Source of the DNA: a virus
Taxonomy: Duplodnaviria; Caudoviricetes
Length of the DNA stretch: 28,852 nt
Strand: one strand, 5' to 3'
IMG/VR virus record: IMGVR_UViG_3300005326_000106
Coordinates: 1 to 28,852 of that record
Both the position numbers and the translations under genes were made by a program. A model generated the notes under the pieces. The model had not been told where the DNA came from, searched no databases, and saw only the letters and a program-made list of their open reading frames with translations. This document shows positions 14,532 to 23,155 of the stretch, piece after piece. Each line of letters opens with the position of its first letter. Position 1 is the first letter of the stretch.

Positions 14532-15208
14532 AAAAAATATTATTGATTATTGGTTTGTTGTTTGTGAGTTCCCCTGTGTTGGCTTTTACCGAAACTTGGG
14601 GCGGCGAAAAATGCGAATATGTGAACTATCTTTCGCGTTGTTGCAATGACGGAAACGTTATGTATTATGCGGACAATTCGGAAACTTGGTGCCATATTGA
14701 CTGGAAATCGAATGCTTGTTTGGATGACAATGGGGCGCTTTTATTTACTCATAAGGGTGTTTCTTTGTTAAATACTCTCAATGGTAACTATACAAATTCA
14801 TTCACCAAAGAATTGTATTACAAGGGAAAATCGACAACCTGCCCGGTCAGAATGATCTATCGCAATCCCGGTAATTCCCCGATCGCGGCGTTTGCCCATT
14901 ATGAGAATGACGTTTTGCTGGAAAATCAGTCATTCAATACTCCCAAGAAGGCCCCGGAGGCTGATTTTGCCAACCCCACCAAGACAACTTCCGTCCAAAC
15001 TGTTAACAATAAGACCGGACAAACAATCATCGTAACCGTCAACAAACCGGTTGTTTCCACGGATGGAATCATTAAGCCAAAGACTACGCCCGCGCTTTCC
15101 AACCAATATTGGACAATGAGTAACGAGCAAATGTTAAATAAAATCAAAGAACTGATCGCGATGATAAATCAACTTCAAGCAAAATTGGCGGCGACACAAG
15201 GTAAATAA
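14528..15208 (+). CDS. Secreted Cys-containing protein with Thr/Pro linker and C-terminal coiled coil
   Basis: Signal peptide MKKILLIIGLLFVSSPVLA and C-terminal KIKELIAMINQLQAKLAA. Confidence 0.8.
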   Translation: MKKILLIIGLLFVSSPVLAFTETWGGEKCEYVNYLSRCCNDGNVMYYADNSETWCHIDWKSNACLDDNGALLFTHKGVSLLNTLNGNYTNSFTKELYYKGKSTTCPVRMIYRNPGNSPIAAFAHYENDVLLENQSFNTPKKAPEADFANPTKTTSVQTVNNKTGQTIIVTVNKPVVSTDGIIKPKTTPALSNQYWTMSNEQMLNKIKELIAMINQLQAKLAATQGK

Positions 15209-15231
15209 TTGTGTGATTTTTACATATTTTT

Positions 15232-15435
15232 ATGGGTATAAAAGATTGTTATACGACAATTGCAGCGATATTTGGTGTTATAATTTTTATCGGAATTTAT
15301 CTTTATTCGATTGTTGAACATGGATTAATTGGTATTGCTTTAGGTTGGATTCCCGCAATTATGGCAGGTGGATTTTTAGGAATGTTATGGCCATTACTTT
15401 TAATAGGAATAATTTTTGTTTTCAAATTTATTTAG
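15232..15435 (+). CDS. Small integral membrane protein
   Basis: 67 aa, almost entirely hydrophobic. Confidence 0.7.
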   Translation: MGIKDCYTTIAAIFGVIIFIGIYLYSIVEHGLIGIALGWIPAIMAGGFLGMLWPLLLIGIIFVFKFI

Positions 15436-17116
15436 GAGGCCAAGGTTCTCCGTATTGTTGCCCCTTTCCGGGGGTTTTTATTTTTCCCGCTGTTCCTCCT
15501 TTCCATCCGGGCATCGGCGTCCCCTTCGGAGCCGGTAATAAATATTCTTGTTGCAACATTTTCTGCCCAGGTGCCGCCTTTCGAATAATACCCGATGTAT
15601 CAGCAGGCCCTTTCATCGGTATTCCTTCAGGTGCTTCTAACAATAGTCTGTTCGATCTTTCTTTGTTGAGAGAATTGATTATCTCATCCATTTTTGAGAT
15701 TATTTTTTCTTCCGACATGCTCGAATTTAAAACAGCGTCAAGTTTTTTATATTCGACAAGTTTTTTTTGCAACGATTTTTCCAAATCAATCGCATTTTCC
15801 ATTTTTAGGCCTCCCCCCCTGGGAATAATAAGCGATCTTAACGCCCCGCCAACGGTATGAAACGTCAACAAATCGGCTAATTGACCAAGTTTTCTTCCCG
15901 CAGCTTCTCCAAACCCTCGTTTAGCCACTCGCTGTTTTAAATCATTGACCTTTTCAACCATGTCATCTGACAAATCACGCAAGCGAATCATATCCGACAG
16001 TTGCTTGTCCGCTTCATCGAAAATGGGATTTTTAAATAAAGATTTGGCCGTATTTTTAATTCCTGTTCTTGTATTTTCAACTGCCTGGCCTGAAATGCTT
16101 GTCGCTGGTTCCCCCATTTTCGTGAACGCTTTTCCTTTAAACTCATTACCATAAACTTTCGCCAATTTGTTCAATTCTTCAACGGTCAACCCTTCGTTCA
16201 TTGCTTTATTCCTTAATTGATAAATTTCCGCCTTGCTGATTGGATCGTTTATTTTGGTGTAAAGTTCGTCCAAATGGTTGAAAGCGTCCTCGATATAATT
16301 GTGTTTGATACCTTTTCCACCAACAGATTCAGAAAAATTCAAATCTTGTAATCTATGCGGGGTTGGGTCTGCCGCCAATGTTTGATCTAATTTGTTTGAT
16401 AAATTTTCTATTTCTTGAGTAGTTTTTTTTGACAAATCATCGTAAGTTTTTACTCCTTTGGTATCAATAAAAGAAAGAGCGCTTTTTGATTTTTGAATAT
16501 CATCAGCTTTCCCTTGGGCAATCGAACCGGCTAAACTTTCTGTTTTTGTTTCCGCTTTTTTAGTTATTCTGTTGTTTATCATCTTCGGAATCCATGTCTT
16601 TTCCACCAATTTGGAAACCGGTTTCATTAATTTTTCCGTTGCCGCCACCGGCAATAATCCTAAAGGATCAAGCATTTCCCCGCCCACCGCCAACGGAATG
16701 TTCCCGCCCTCTTTTTCCGCCTTTAAAGCGGCTTCTTGAGCTTTTGAAAAATATCCCTGCATTGGTTCTTGATATGCCGGACCAGGAATTGTCGTTTTGT
16801 CCGGAACAAGACTCGGAACAAGAAAACTTCCTTTTCTTGCCATGCTACCCAATTCGCCAATAGTCGGAATAACTTGCGCCGCGGGACGAACAATAATATC
16901 CGCCAAAGCGCCGCCGAATTGAGCTATCGGATTGTTAAGAAATTTGCTCGCCTTGTCGCTTTCTGCTTTATCTTTCGAGTTCATATCCGAAAGCAAATCA
17001 AACTTTTTTTGTTTTTGTTGCGCTTCCGCCGCCAGTTTGCGCGAAAGCCGCCCGTTGCCTGTTGGTTGCCCCTGTTGCTGATTGATTGCATTAAGTTTGT
17101 CGGTAAGCCGTCCCAT
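15428..17116 (-). CDS. Probable internal virion/DNA ejection protein
   Basis: 562 aa helical K/A/E-rich protein at the end of the tail module. Function inferred from position. Confidence 0.55.
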   Translation of the reverse strand: MGRLTDKLNAINQQQGQPTGNGRLSRKLAAEAQQKQKKFDLLSDMNSKDKAESDKASKFLNNPIAQFGGALADIIVRPAAQVIPTIGELGSMARKGSFLVPSLVPDKTTIPGPAYQEPMQGYFSKAQEAALKAEKEGGNIPLAVGGEMLDPLGLLPVAATEKLMKPVSKLVEKTWIPKMINNRITKKAETKTESLAGSIAQGKADDIQKSKSALSFIDTKGVKTYDDLSKKTTQEIENLSNKLDQTLAADPTPHRLQDLNFSESVGGKGIKHNYIEDAFNHLDELYTKINDPISKAEIYQLRNKAMNEGLTVEELNKLAKVYGNEFKGKAFTKMGEPATSISGQAVENTRTGIKNTAKSLFKNPIFDEADKQLSDMIRLRDLSDDMVEKVNDLKQRVAKRGFGEAAGRKLGQLADLLTFHTVGGALRSLIIPRGGGLKMENAIDLEKSLQKKLVEYKKLDAVLNSSMSEEKIISKMDEIINSLNKERSNRLLLEAPEGIPMKGPADTSGIIRKAAPGQKMLQQEYLLPAPKGTPMPGWKGGTAGKIKTPGKGQQYGEPWPPK

Positions 17117-17120
17117 AGTT

Positions 17121-18776
17121 TTATTTTTTATCAGGAATCAAAGTGTAAACTTTTGACGCAATCTGACTTTGCGTAAATTCGGGATATTCATTAACCAAAC
17201 TGGCAATCAACAATTCACGGGTTTTAAACGCGCTTGCGTTTGAGACAATATCATCTTCAAGATCGGCAGAAGGGTTGTTTGTTGTGGTCGTTCCCGAACT
17301 ATAAGATGGCGTAAAACCAGACTGATATTGGCTCCATGCTCCACCAAGTCCCAAAGTTTTTGCTTGAGATTCGTATGATTTTGCTTTCGCGGTTGCCGCC
17401 TGGCTGATAGTTGCAATTAATTCTGACGCCGCGGATGCAATTTGTTTTGCAACTTCCGGTCGGACGATCTGACCATTTTGGATTTGCTGGACATAATTTT
17501 GCAGTTTGCCAACTTTAGAATCAATCGAATTAACCAAAGACAATTCACCTTCGCGCACCGCTGATTGATAAGTATCAAGAGCTTGTACATACGAATAAAC
17601 GAGATTTAATTGTTTAGCTCCATTCCCCGGATCTTTGTTGATCGCGTCAACGGAATTTTTAAGGACGACCGTTCGATCGCTGGCGGCAATTAACGGCGAA
17701 GCGTTATATTTTGTCACCAAACTATTAAATAATGAAGCCTCGCCACTTGAAAGCCCGCTACTGCCAACTCCGGCTTTAGCGATAGCCACTTTTCGGTTAG
17801 CATCAAGCGTTTGGTAATCGTTATAAGTTCCGGTATAACCATTCTTTTTTGCATACTCATATTCTTGGATTGATGCTGTAGGTGTTTTGGTCGTATTTAA
17901 CCCCAGCAAATCGTTAACCGATCCGCGCGCCTCCAATTCTGTTTTCAACAGCGTCAAAGGATCATAAGCTGCGGATCTCGCCGCTTCATTAGCCGCGGTG
18001 TTCGATGCCGCCCGGGCGTTTAAATCCGCCAAAATACCCTCCTGCTCGCTAGCAAGGCGCTTTTCGGCAAGATTGCGGGTATCAACGATCGCATTGTAGG
18101 CATTGGTCGTATCGCCCACCTCGCGCGATCCTTGGCGTTCTATGACTGCTTGGCGGCCGATCTGGATGCCCTTGGGCGCCAGTCGGTTACTTTCAATATC
18201 AATATCGCCTTGAATCCGGCTTTTAAGGTTAGCCAGTAAATCTTTGGTCTTGGTTAATTCCGTGTCAAAATCCGCCACCTGCGTCTTTAGCGTGGAAACG
18301 CCGCGCTCGTTTTCGAGTTTCGCTTTTTCTGCAGCATAGTCAAAAGTTGTCGGTTTGTAACTGTTCGCACCACTCAAAGCTTTGGAAAGCCGGGAAATTA
18401 TATCGGCTTCCGCGCCTGCCGATCCGGTCGTATCTATACTGCCGAACAGATCGCTTGTTTTAAACGGCTCCGATGTTAGAGGGTTGGTTTTTGGCAAACT
18501 AGCAATTCCCGCGGATATTCCGGGAATTTGTTTGCTGATATTGCCTATTGATTTGCTAATTGCGTCAAGTTGGGATTGAGGTAATCCCGCGTATTTAATT
18601 TGTCCTGTCACAGGTGTATTTACCGGCAAACTGCTTTTAACGGTATTGATAACGCTGTTATTCGTGCCAAAAACAGTCCCTTGCGTCATGGTCTTGCCAC
18701 TTGCCTTATCGACAAATGATTCTCCGGGTTTTAATTTCTGGCCTGTATTAGTATTATAATTTATGATTTGTGCCAT
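17121..18776 (-). CDS. Probable internal virion/DNA ejection protein
   Basis: Low-complexity and coiled-coil regions; TASIQEYEYAKKNGY and SAVREGE motifs typical of podovirus ejection proteins; position. Confidence 0.6.
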   Translation of the reverse strand: MAQIINYNTNTGQKLKPGESFVDKASGKTMTQGTVFGTNNSVINTVKSSLPVNTPVTGQIKYAGLPQSQLDAISKSIGNISKQIPGISAGIASLPKTNPLTSEPFKTSDLFGSIDTTGSAGAEADIISRLSKALSGANSYKPTTFDYAAEKAKLENERGVSTLKTQVADFDTELTKTKDLLANLKSRIQGDIDIESNRLAPKGIQIGRQAVIERQGSREVGDTTNAYNAIVDTRNLAEKRLASEQEGILADLNARAASNTAANEAARSAAYDPLTLLKTELEARGSVNDLLGLNTTKTPTASIQEYEYAKKNGYTGTYNDYQTLDANRKVAIAKAGVGSSGLSSGEASLFNSLVTKYNASPLIAASDRTVVLKNSVDAINKDPGNGAKQLNLVYSYVQALDTYQSAVREGELSLVNSIDSKVGKLQNYVQQIQNGQIVRPEVAKQIASAASELIATISQAATAKAKSYESQAKTLGLGGAWSQYQSGFTPSYSSGTTTTNNPSADLEDDIVSNASAFKTRELLIASLVNEYPEFTQSQIASKVYTLIPDKK

Positions 18777-18787
18777 TTTTTTTAAAA

Positions 18788-20269
18788 TTAAATGTGTGGA
18801 GTAATTAAAAGAGTAGTAGAATTTATCGCCCGACCTATTTTTGAGTCTCCTTCCCCGGCTACGGATATTTGCCCGGCAATATTTTTTAAGCCGTACGGTT
18901 CACCCGGTTCCAACGAAGAAAATCCGTCTTGTTGCTGAATGCAAATCGGAACCGACTCATCTGCGTCAACTTCTTCATTAGCGAATCCGACAAATCCTAC
19001 GGTTCCTGCTGTATCTAACGAGCAGGAATAATATATTTTCCCCGCCGTTGGAGTTAAAAATAATTTTGCGTCAAAAGAATAATTAGGAAGCGCGGACACC
19101 CAAGATGAACCATTGTGATAATAAATAGTTTGTCCGTAATTGACCACAGAAACTTCATGGCAATCAATTAAATAATAATTTGAATTATCATTGCCGCCAC
19201 TTCGTTCTGCAACCACCCAATAATATGTTCCTTCCGCATACTGCAAAGCCGAAGCTCCCAAAGCTAAATCATATTCAACGTAATCCGTAGTCAGATCTCC
19301 ACCTGCTTTATCGGCAAAAGCCGTTCCATTGGCCCAAGTTCCGTCTGGGGCCGACGCCGACCCGGATTGAATTCCAATCCGTAAATTATCTACGGGCGTG
19401 CCAACTTTTTTAAGTCTAATTTTGGTAGAGTCTAATTTTAAACCGGATGGATTGAATTTTGTCGCATATTTCGCCCAACCGCCAACTCCAGTTGCACCCA
19501 CTATAGCTTCGTACTGAGTTCCAGTTCCCAACAATCTTATCCGTTCCGTTCTATCACCGTTGGAAATTATCACCGCGGGCCAAACGCTCCCTCTTTTAGT
19601 CAAATTTTCTCCTGCCGTTACCGCCCCCGCGACCACTGTTTTCCCGGCTTGCACCAACTCCGTACCGTTCCATTTAATATATTTCCCAGCCGATATATTT
19701 CCAGCAAACAATTTCGCATAATTATTATCTGAATCATCAATTCCCATCGCCACTACGCCGTTACCGTCCCAAGTAGCGGCATTGAATCCAGTTGAAGCGA
19801 TATAACAATCGCCTGCATTATTTGTATATGCCAATATGATTTGTTGGCTCACGATCTCTCCCGCGACGATCATACTGGCGGAAACAACGCCCATCTCCCC
19901 ATCGCCGTAAAAAGCAGCCACGGTCGCTCCCGCAACTTTTACCAATATGCCTGTGGGCGATAACCAAATACCATTGCTCTCATCGGTTATGATCTTCAGC
20001 CCACCGCTCGCGCCAAAAGTAAATTCGCCCAAAATCTGTTTGGTTGCAGTGTTTAGCGCGTCATCAATAAAATGATGGTCGATAATTACTCCAGCCACGT
20101 CCGCGACAGTCTGGGACATAGTTTTAGCGTCTGTCCCGGCAATATCGGTAGAGCCGTCAATTTTGGAACCGGAAATGTAATAATTATTCAAAACGCCGCC
20201 GAATTTGGCTTCTTCCAAAATCTGCTTGAATGTTTTGTATTCAGTTTGTTTGACGTTTGAATAATCCAT
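18788..20269 (-). CDS. Tail/receptor-binding structural protein
   Basis: Gly/Thr/Ala-rich beta-type sequence within the tail module. Confidence 0.55.
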   Translation of the reverse strand: MDYSNVKQTEYKTFKQILEEAKFGGVLNNYYISGSKIDGSTDIAGTDAKTMSQTVADVAGVIIDHHFIDDALNTATKQILGEFTFGASGGLKIITDESNGIWLSPTGILVKVAGATVAAFYGDGEMGVVSASMIVAGEIVSQQIILAYTNNAGDCYIASTGFNAATWDGNGVVAMGIDDSDNNYAKLFAGNISAGKYIKWNGTELVQAGKTVVAGAVTAGENLTKRGSVWPAVIISNGDRTERIRLLGTGTQYEAIVGATGVGGWAKYATKFNPSGLKLDSTKIRLKKVGTPVDNLRIGIQSGSASAPDGTWANGTAFADKAGGDLTTDYVEYDLALGASALQYAEGTYYWVVAERSGGNDNSNYYLIDCHEVSVVNYGQTIYYHNGSSWVSALPNYSFDAKLFLTPTAGKIYYSCSLDTAGTVGFVGFANEEVDADESVPICIQQQDGFSSLEPGEPYGLKNIAGQISVAGEGDSKIGRAINSTTLLITPHI

Positions 20270-20278
20270 AAAAATAAA

Positions 20279-21238
20279 TTACCAAGATTCGCCGCCGATG
20301 TGATCATCGATCCTGAAATCATTGATATTTTGCGTCGTGTCCGGCGAAGGATCTAAATACATACCTTCGTTTTTTTGCAATTCATTTTTAAGCATTTGCC
20401 CCAACAATCCGCCCCGGACCGGCGAAAGGCCGCGCTCAAAACCTCCATCATAGAGCATAAAATATCTGTCCGCGCGATTCACGTCCTGTTCATTTTGCGA
20501 AAAATAAAGCGCCAACGGCCGGTAGATCATCAGGTCGTGATATTGTTCCGGTATTAGCGAAAACTCGCCGATGGTATAGGTTTCCGTTCCCGCGGCGATA
20601 CTTGCTCCCTCATATGGCTTTACCAATTCCAAAGCCGTGTCGCTTGTGATTGAACTGATCTCATACCAGCGATAATCGCCGGTAACGCCATCGATCCGCA
20701 AAAACTGATTATCACAAGGTTTGCGCGTCAACCAGCTAGATCCGCTTCCGACAATCGATTCGTCGGTGATTGTCGCAGTTACAATCGTGCCGGTCGTGTA
20801 ATCGTCCTGGCTCAATTCCTTGCCGCGCTTGCGCCCCTTGATCGTGATCGTGCTTCCGGTCGTTGCCGGTGTCGGATATAAATAAAGCAAATTTCCTAGC
20901 CGGTAATAATACTGGCAAACATCCGATTCCCCGCTGTTCAAAGAAAGTAAATAATTCCAAAATCCCGCGTCCTCGATCGGTGTTGGCCGGTAAATCGTGC
21001 CGCCCGCGGTCGTAACGATCACGGTATTTATTTTCCGCAAAGTATTCGGAATTTGATAATAATTTGTGCCGTCAATCGTGGTTTTTGTGCCGTTATATTC
21101 CAAAAACGGCCACGGCGCGGCACTTAAAACCAACCCTTGCGTATCGTTGATATTTTGCTTGAATTCCGCCACTTGCGCGGTGCTCTCATCGGCGGACTTG
21201 GTTTTAAGTGAAGAATAAAGATTATAAAAAGATTTCAT
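20279..21238 (-). CDS. Head-tail adaptor (tail tubular protein A-like)
   Basis: INDTQ...WPFL, YQIP, LYLYPTP and IPEQYHDLMIY patterns of phage adaptor proteins. Confidence 0.65.
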   Translation of the reverse strand: MKSFYNLYSSLKTKSADESTAQVAEFKQNINDTQGLVLSAAPWPFLEYNGTKTTIDGTNYYQIPNTLRKINTVIVTTAGGTIYRPTPIEDAGFWNYLLSLNSGESDVCQYYYRLGNLLYLYPTPATTGSTITIKGRKRGKELSQDDYTTGTIVTATITDESIVGSGSSWLTRKPCDNQFLRIDGVTGDYRWYEISSITSDTALELVKPYEGASIAAGTETYTIGEFSLIPEQYHDLMIYRPLALYFSQNEQDVNRADRYFMLYDGGFERGLSPVRGGLLGQMLKNELQKNEGMYLDPSPDTTQNINDFRIDDHIGGESW

Positions 21239-21242
21239 AAAA

Positions 21243-22688
21243 TTATAGACTTCTTAAATTGACATCATCAATGAATGTTTCGCGAATTTTCACCGGCGCG
21301 CTGGTACTTCCGTTGGTGTGGTCAAATTCCAACCGGAAGTTTTCCGCGTTACATTTGGGATGGAAAACTTTTTTTGTCACCGCGCCATCAACCGCAAAAG
21401 AAATTGTGCCTGTCCAAAGCGCCGTCCCTTTATTGTCGCGCAAGGTCAAATCCACGCGCGCGCCGCTTGCCAAAACATCAAAATTAACCACAATAGTATC
21501 CACTCTTGACGTTCTTTCCGGACCCGAACTCATGAACTGTTTGGTTTTGTAGTTTGAATCCGTTGCGTAACCATTGGCTACCGCCAGGCTGTATCCGGTG
21601 GTCGAATTGTGCGATGCCGCGATCAACTTCCCGAACGGGCAAGAAATCCCGCCCACGCTAGACGTATGCACCGGCGTTGCCAGATAAGCAAAATCAACGT
21701 CCGTTTCATTGTCGATCGGACCATAAGCGTAAATTTCCGAACCCGCCGCAAAAGCGACCGAACTGCCAATTTTTGAAACCTGATAATAAGCAGGCAAGGT
21801 TCCGTCAAACGATCGCAACGGTTCAACTTTATTTCCGGAAACATAGCCAAAAAAATTGATCGCCGTACCATCAAAATCAAAACATTGATACCAGCAGAAT
21901 GTCGTCCCAAGCGCAGTCAATAATGCGCCAATCCTTCCTTCAACCGGCACCGGATTGTTCTCCCAAGTATCGCTAAACCCGTCCCATCGATATATTCCCG
22001 ATTGATTGTTATTTGCGCCGGAAATATTCGGCCGGTTTGCACCGATATAGACCAAGTCATCATTCCAGGTCAAGCTTTCCACAACGCAATCCGCCCATAA
22101 ATCCAAACCTTGCGCCACGTCCGTTGTGCCGTCTAAAGAAGCAACATATCGTCCATTGGCGATATAGACATTGTCATCTCCGCCATTGATCATCTGATGA
22201 CTTGTGGCGCTCAATGCCGCACCTACCAGCGCCGATGTCCACCAATCATCATCGAAAGTTGCGTCAAGATTGAACATCCCAATATTGCCCGCGGTTGACG
22301 TATTGTAGGAATAAAGAAGTTGACTGTTATAATGGCAAACATCTTCGCCCGAAACTCCCGTCCCCGCGATCGAATGCGGCCAGATACCGGCATTAATAAC
22401 CGCCGTGGCACTGAATTTATGCAACAACGCGCCTCCGGTTGCATAAGCCACATTTGAAGCCACGGCGGCCTTGGAAATGCCCCGGATTAATGTTGTGACC
22501 GCGCCTACCTCCGTTCCCGCGGTCAGGTCAACCAATTTCGGCCCCGGCGCCATGCAAGAAGGATCAAAAAGGCTGATATTTTTCATATCGCCTGCCTGCT
22601 CGATGTTGCCGTATGCCGGATAACTATTTTTGTGCCACTTCGGGGCAAACCCCTTGTGCCTCCGGATTTGGATTGGGAATTGTGCCAT
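21243..22688 (-). CDS. Tail nozzle/DNA stabilisation protein (P22 gp10/tubular B-like beta-propeller)
   Basis: Start reassigned to ATG 22688 (MAQFPIQI). Repeated beta-strands, IYRWDG, and a C-terminal FRLEF pattern. Confidence 0.55.
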   Translation of the reverse strand: MAQFPIQIRRHKGFAPKWHKNSYPAYGNIEQAGDMKNISLFDPSCMAPGPKLVDLTAGTEVGAVTTLIRGISKAAVASNVAYATGGALLHKFSATAVINAGIWPHSIAGTGVSGEDVCHYNSQLLYSYNTSTAGNIGMFNLDATFDDDWWTSALVGAALSATSHQMINGGDDNVYIANGRYVASLDGTTDVAQGLDLWADCVVESLTWNDDLVYIGANRPNISGANNNQSGIYRWDGFSDTWENNPVPVEGRIGALLTALGTTFCWYQCFDFDGTAINFFGYVSGNKVEPLRSFDGTLPAYYQVSKIGSSVAFAAGSEIYAYGPIDNETDVDFAYLATPVHTSSVGGISCPFGKLIAASHNSTTGYSLAVANGYATDSNYKTKQFMSSGPERTSRVDTIVVNFDVLASGARVDLTLRDNKGTALWTGTISFAVDGAVTKKVFHPKCNAENFRLEFDHTNGSTSAPVKIRETFIDDVNLRSL

Positions 22689-22839
22689 CTTCTTGTTTTT
22701 TAGCGTTTTCTTTTTCAATCTCATCAATTAAAGTCAAAGCACCGGCGATCTGCTCATTTTTTTTCGCCAACTGTCCCAAAACTTTTAAATTTTGGTTATA
22801 TTCCGCCACCAATTTGTCTTTTTTTTCTTTTAAATCCAT
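22624..22839 (-). CDS. Small coiled-coil protein
   Basis: LKEKKDKLVAEYNQNLKVLGQL...IAGALTLIDEIE. Its 3' end overlaps the next gene. Confidence 0.6.
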   Translation of the reverse strand: MDLKEKKDKLVAEYNQNLKVLGQLAKKNEQIAGALTLIDEIEKENAKKQEDGTIPNPNPEAQGVCPEVAQK

Positions 22840-22840
22840 A

Positions 22841-23155
22841 TTATTTTTTTAAATTGTTTATTGTTTCCGTATTCTCCTTGACCACTTCTGACTTCCCCGC
22901 CTCTGCCTTCGGTTGCACCGCTTGCAGCGTAACCGCCACTTCCTTTCCGTCCTTGTCTTTAAAAGTTTGCGTCACCGATCCGCTTTTCACGGCTTCAACA
23001 AAAACCGCGGCTATGCCGTTGTTGAAAGCGTTGGTCAAGAATTTATTGAGCAATTGCAATCCAAGGTAGTAGACCCATCCTGAAGCCAGAAAAACGATAA
23101 CGAGCGATACGATGATAGTTTTTTTGTTCATTTTATTTATTGCAAACAGCCTCAA
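22841..23155 (-). CDS. Membrane-anchored hypothetical protein (start may be the internal MNKKTII)
   Basis: TM segment IIVSLVIVFLASGWVYYLGL. Confidence 0.65.
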   Translation of the reverse strand: MRLFAINKMNKKTIIVSLVIVFLASGWVYYLGLQLLNKFLTNAFNNGIAAVFVEAVKSGSVTQTFKDKDGKEVAVTLQAVQPKAEAGKSEVVKENTETINNLKK

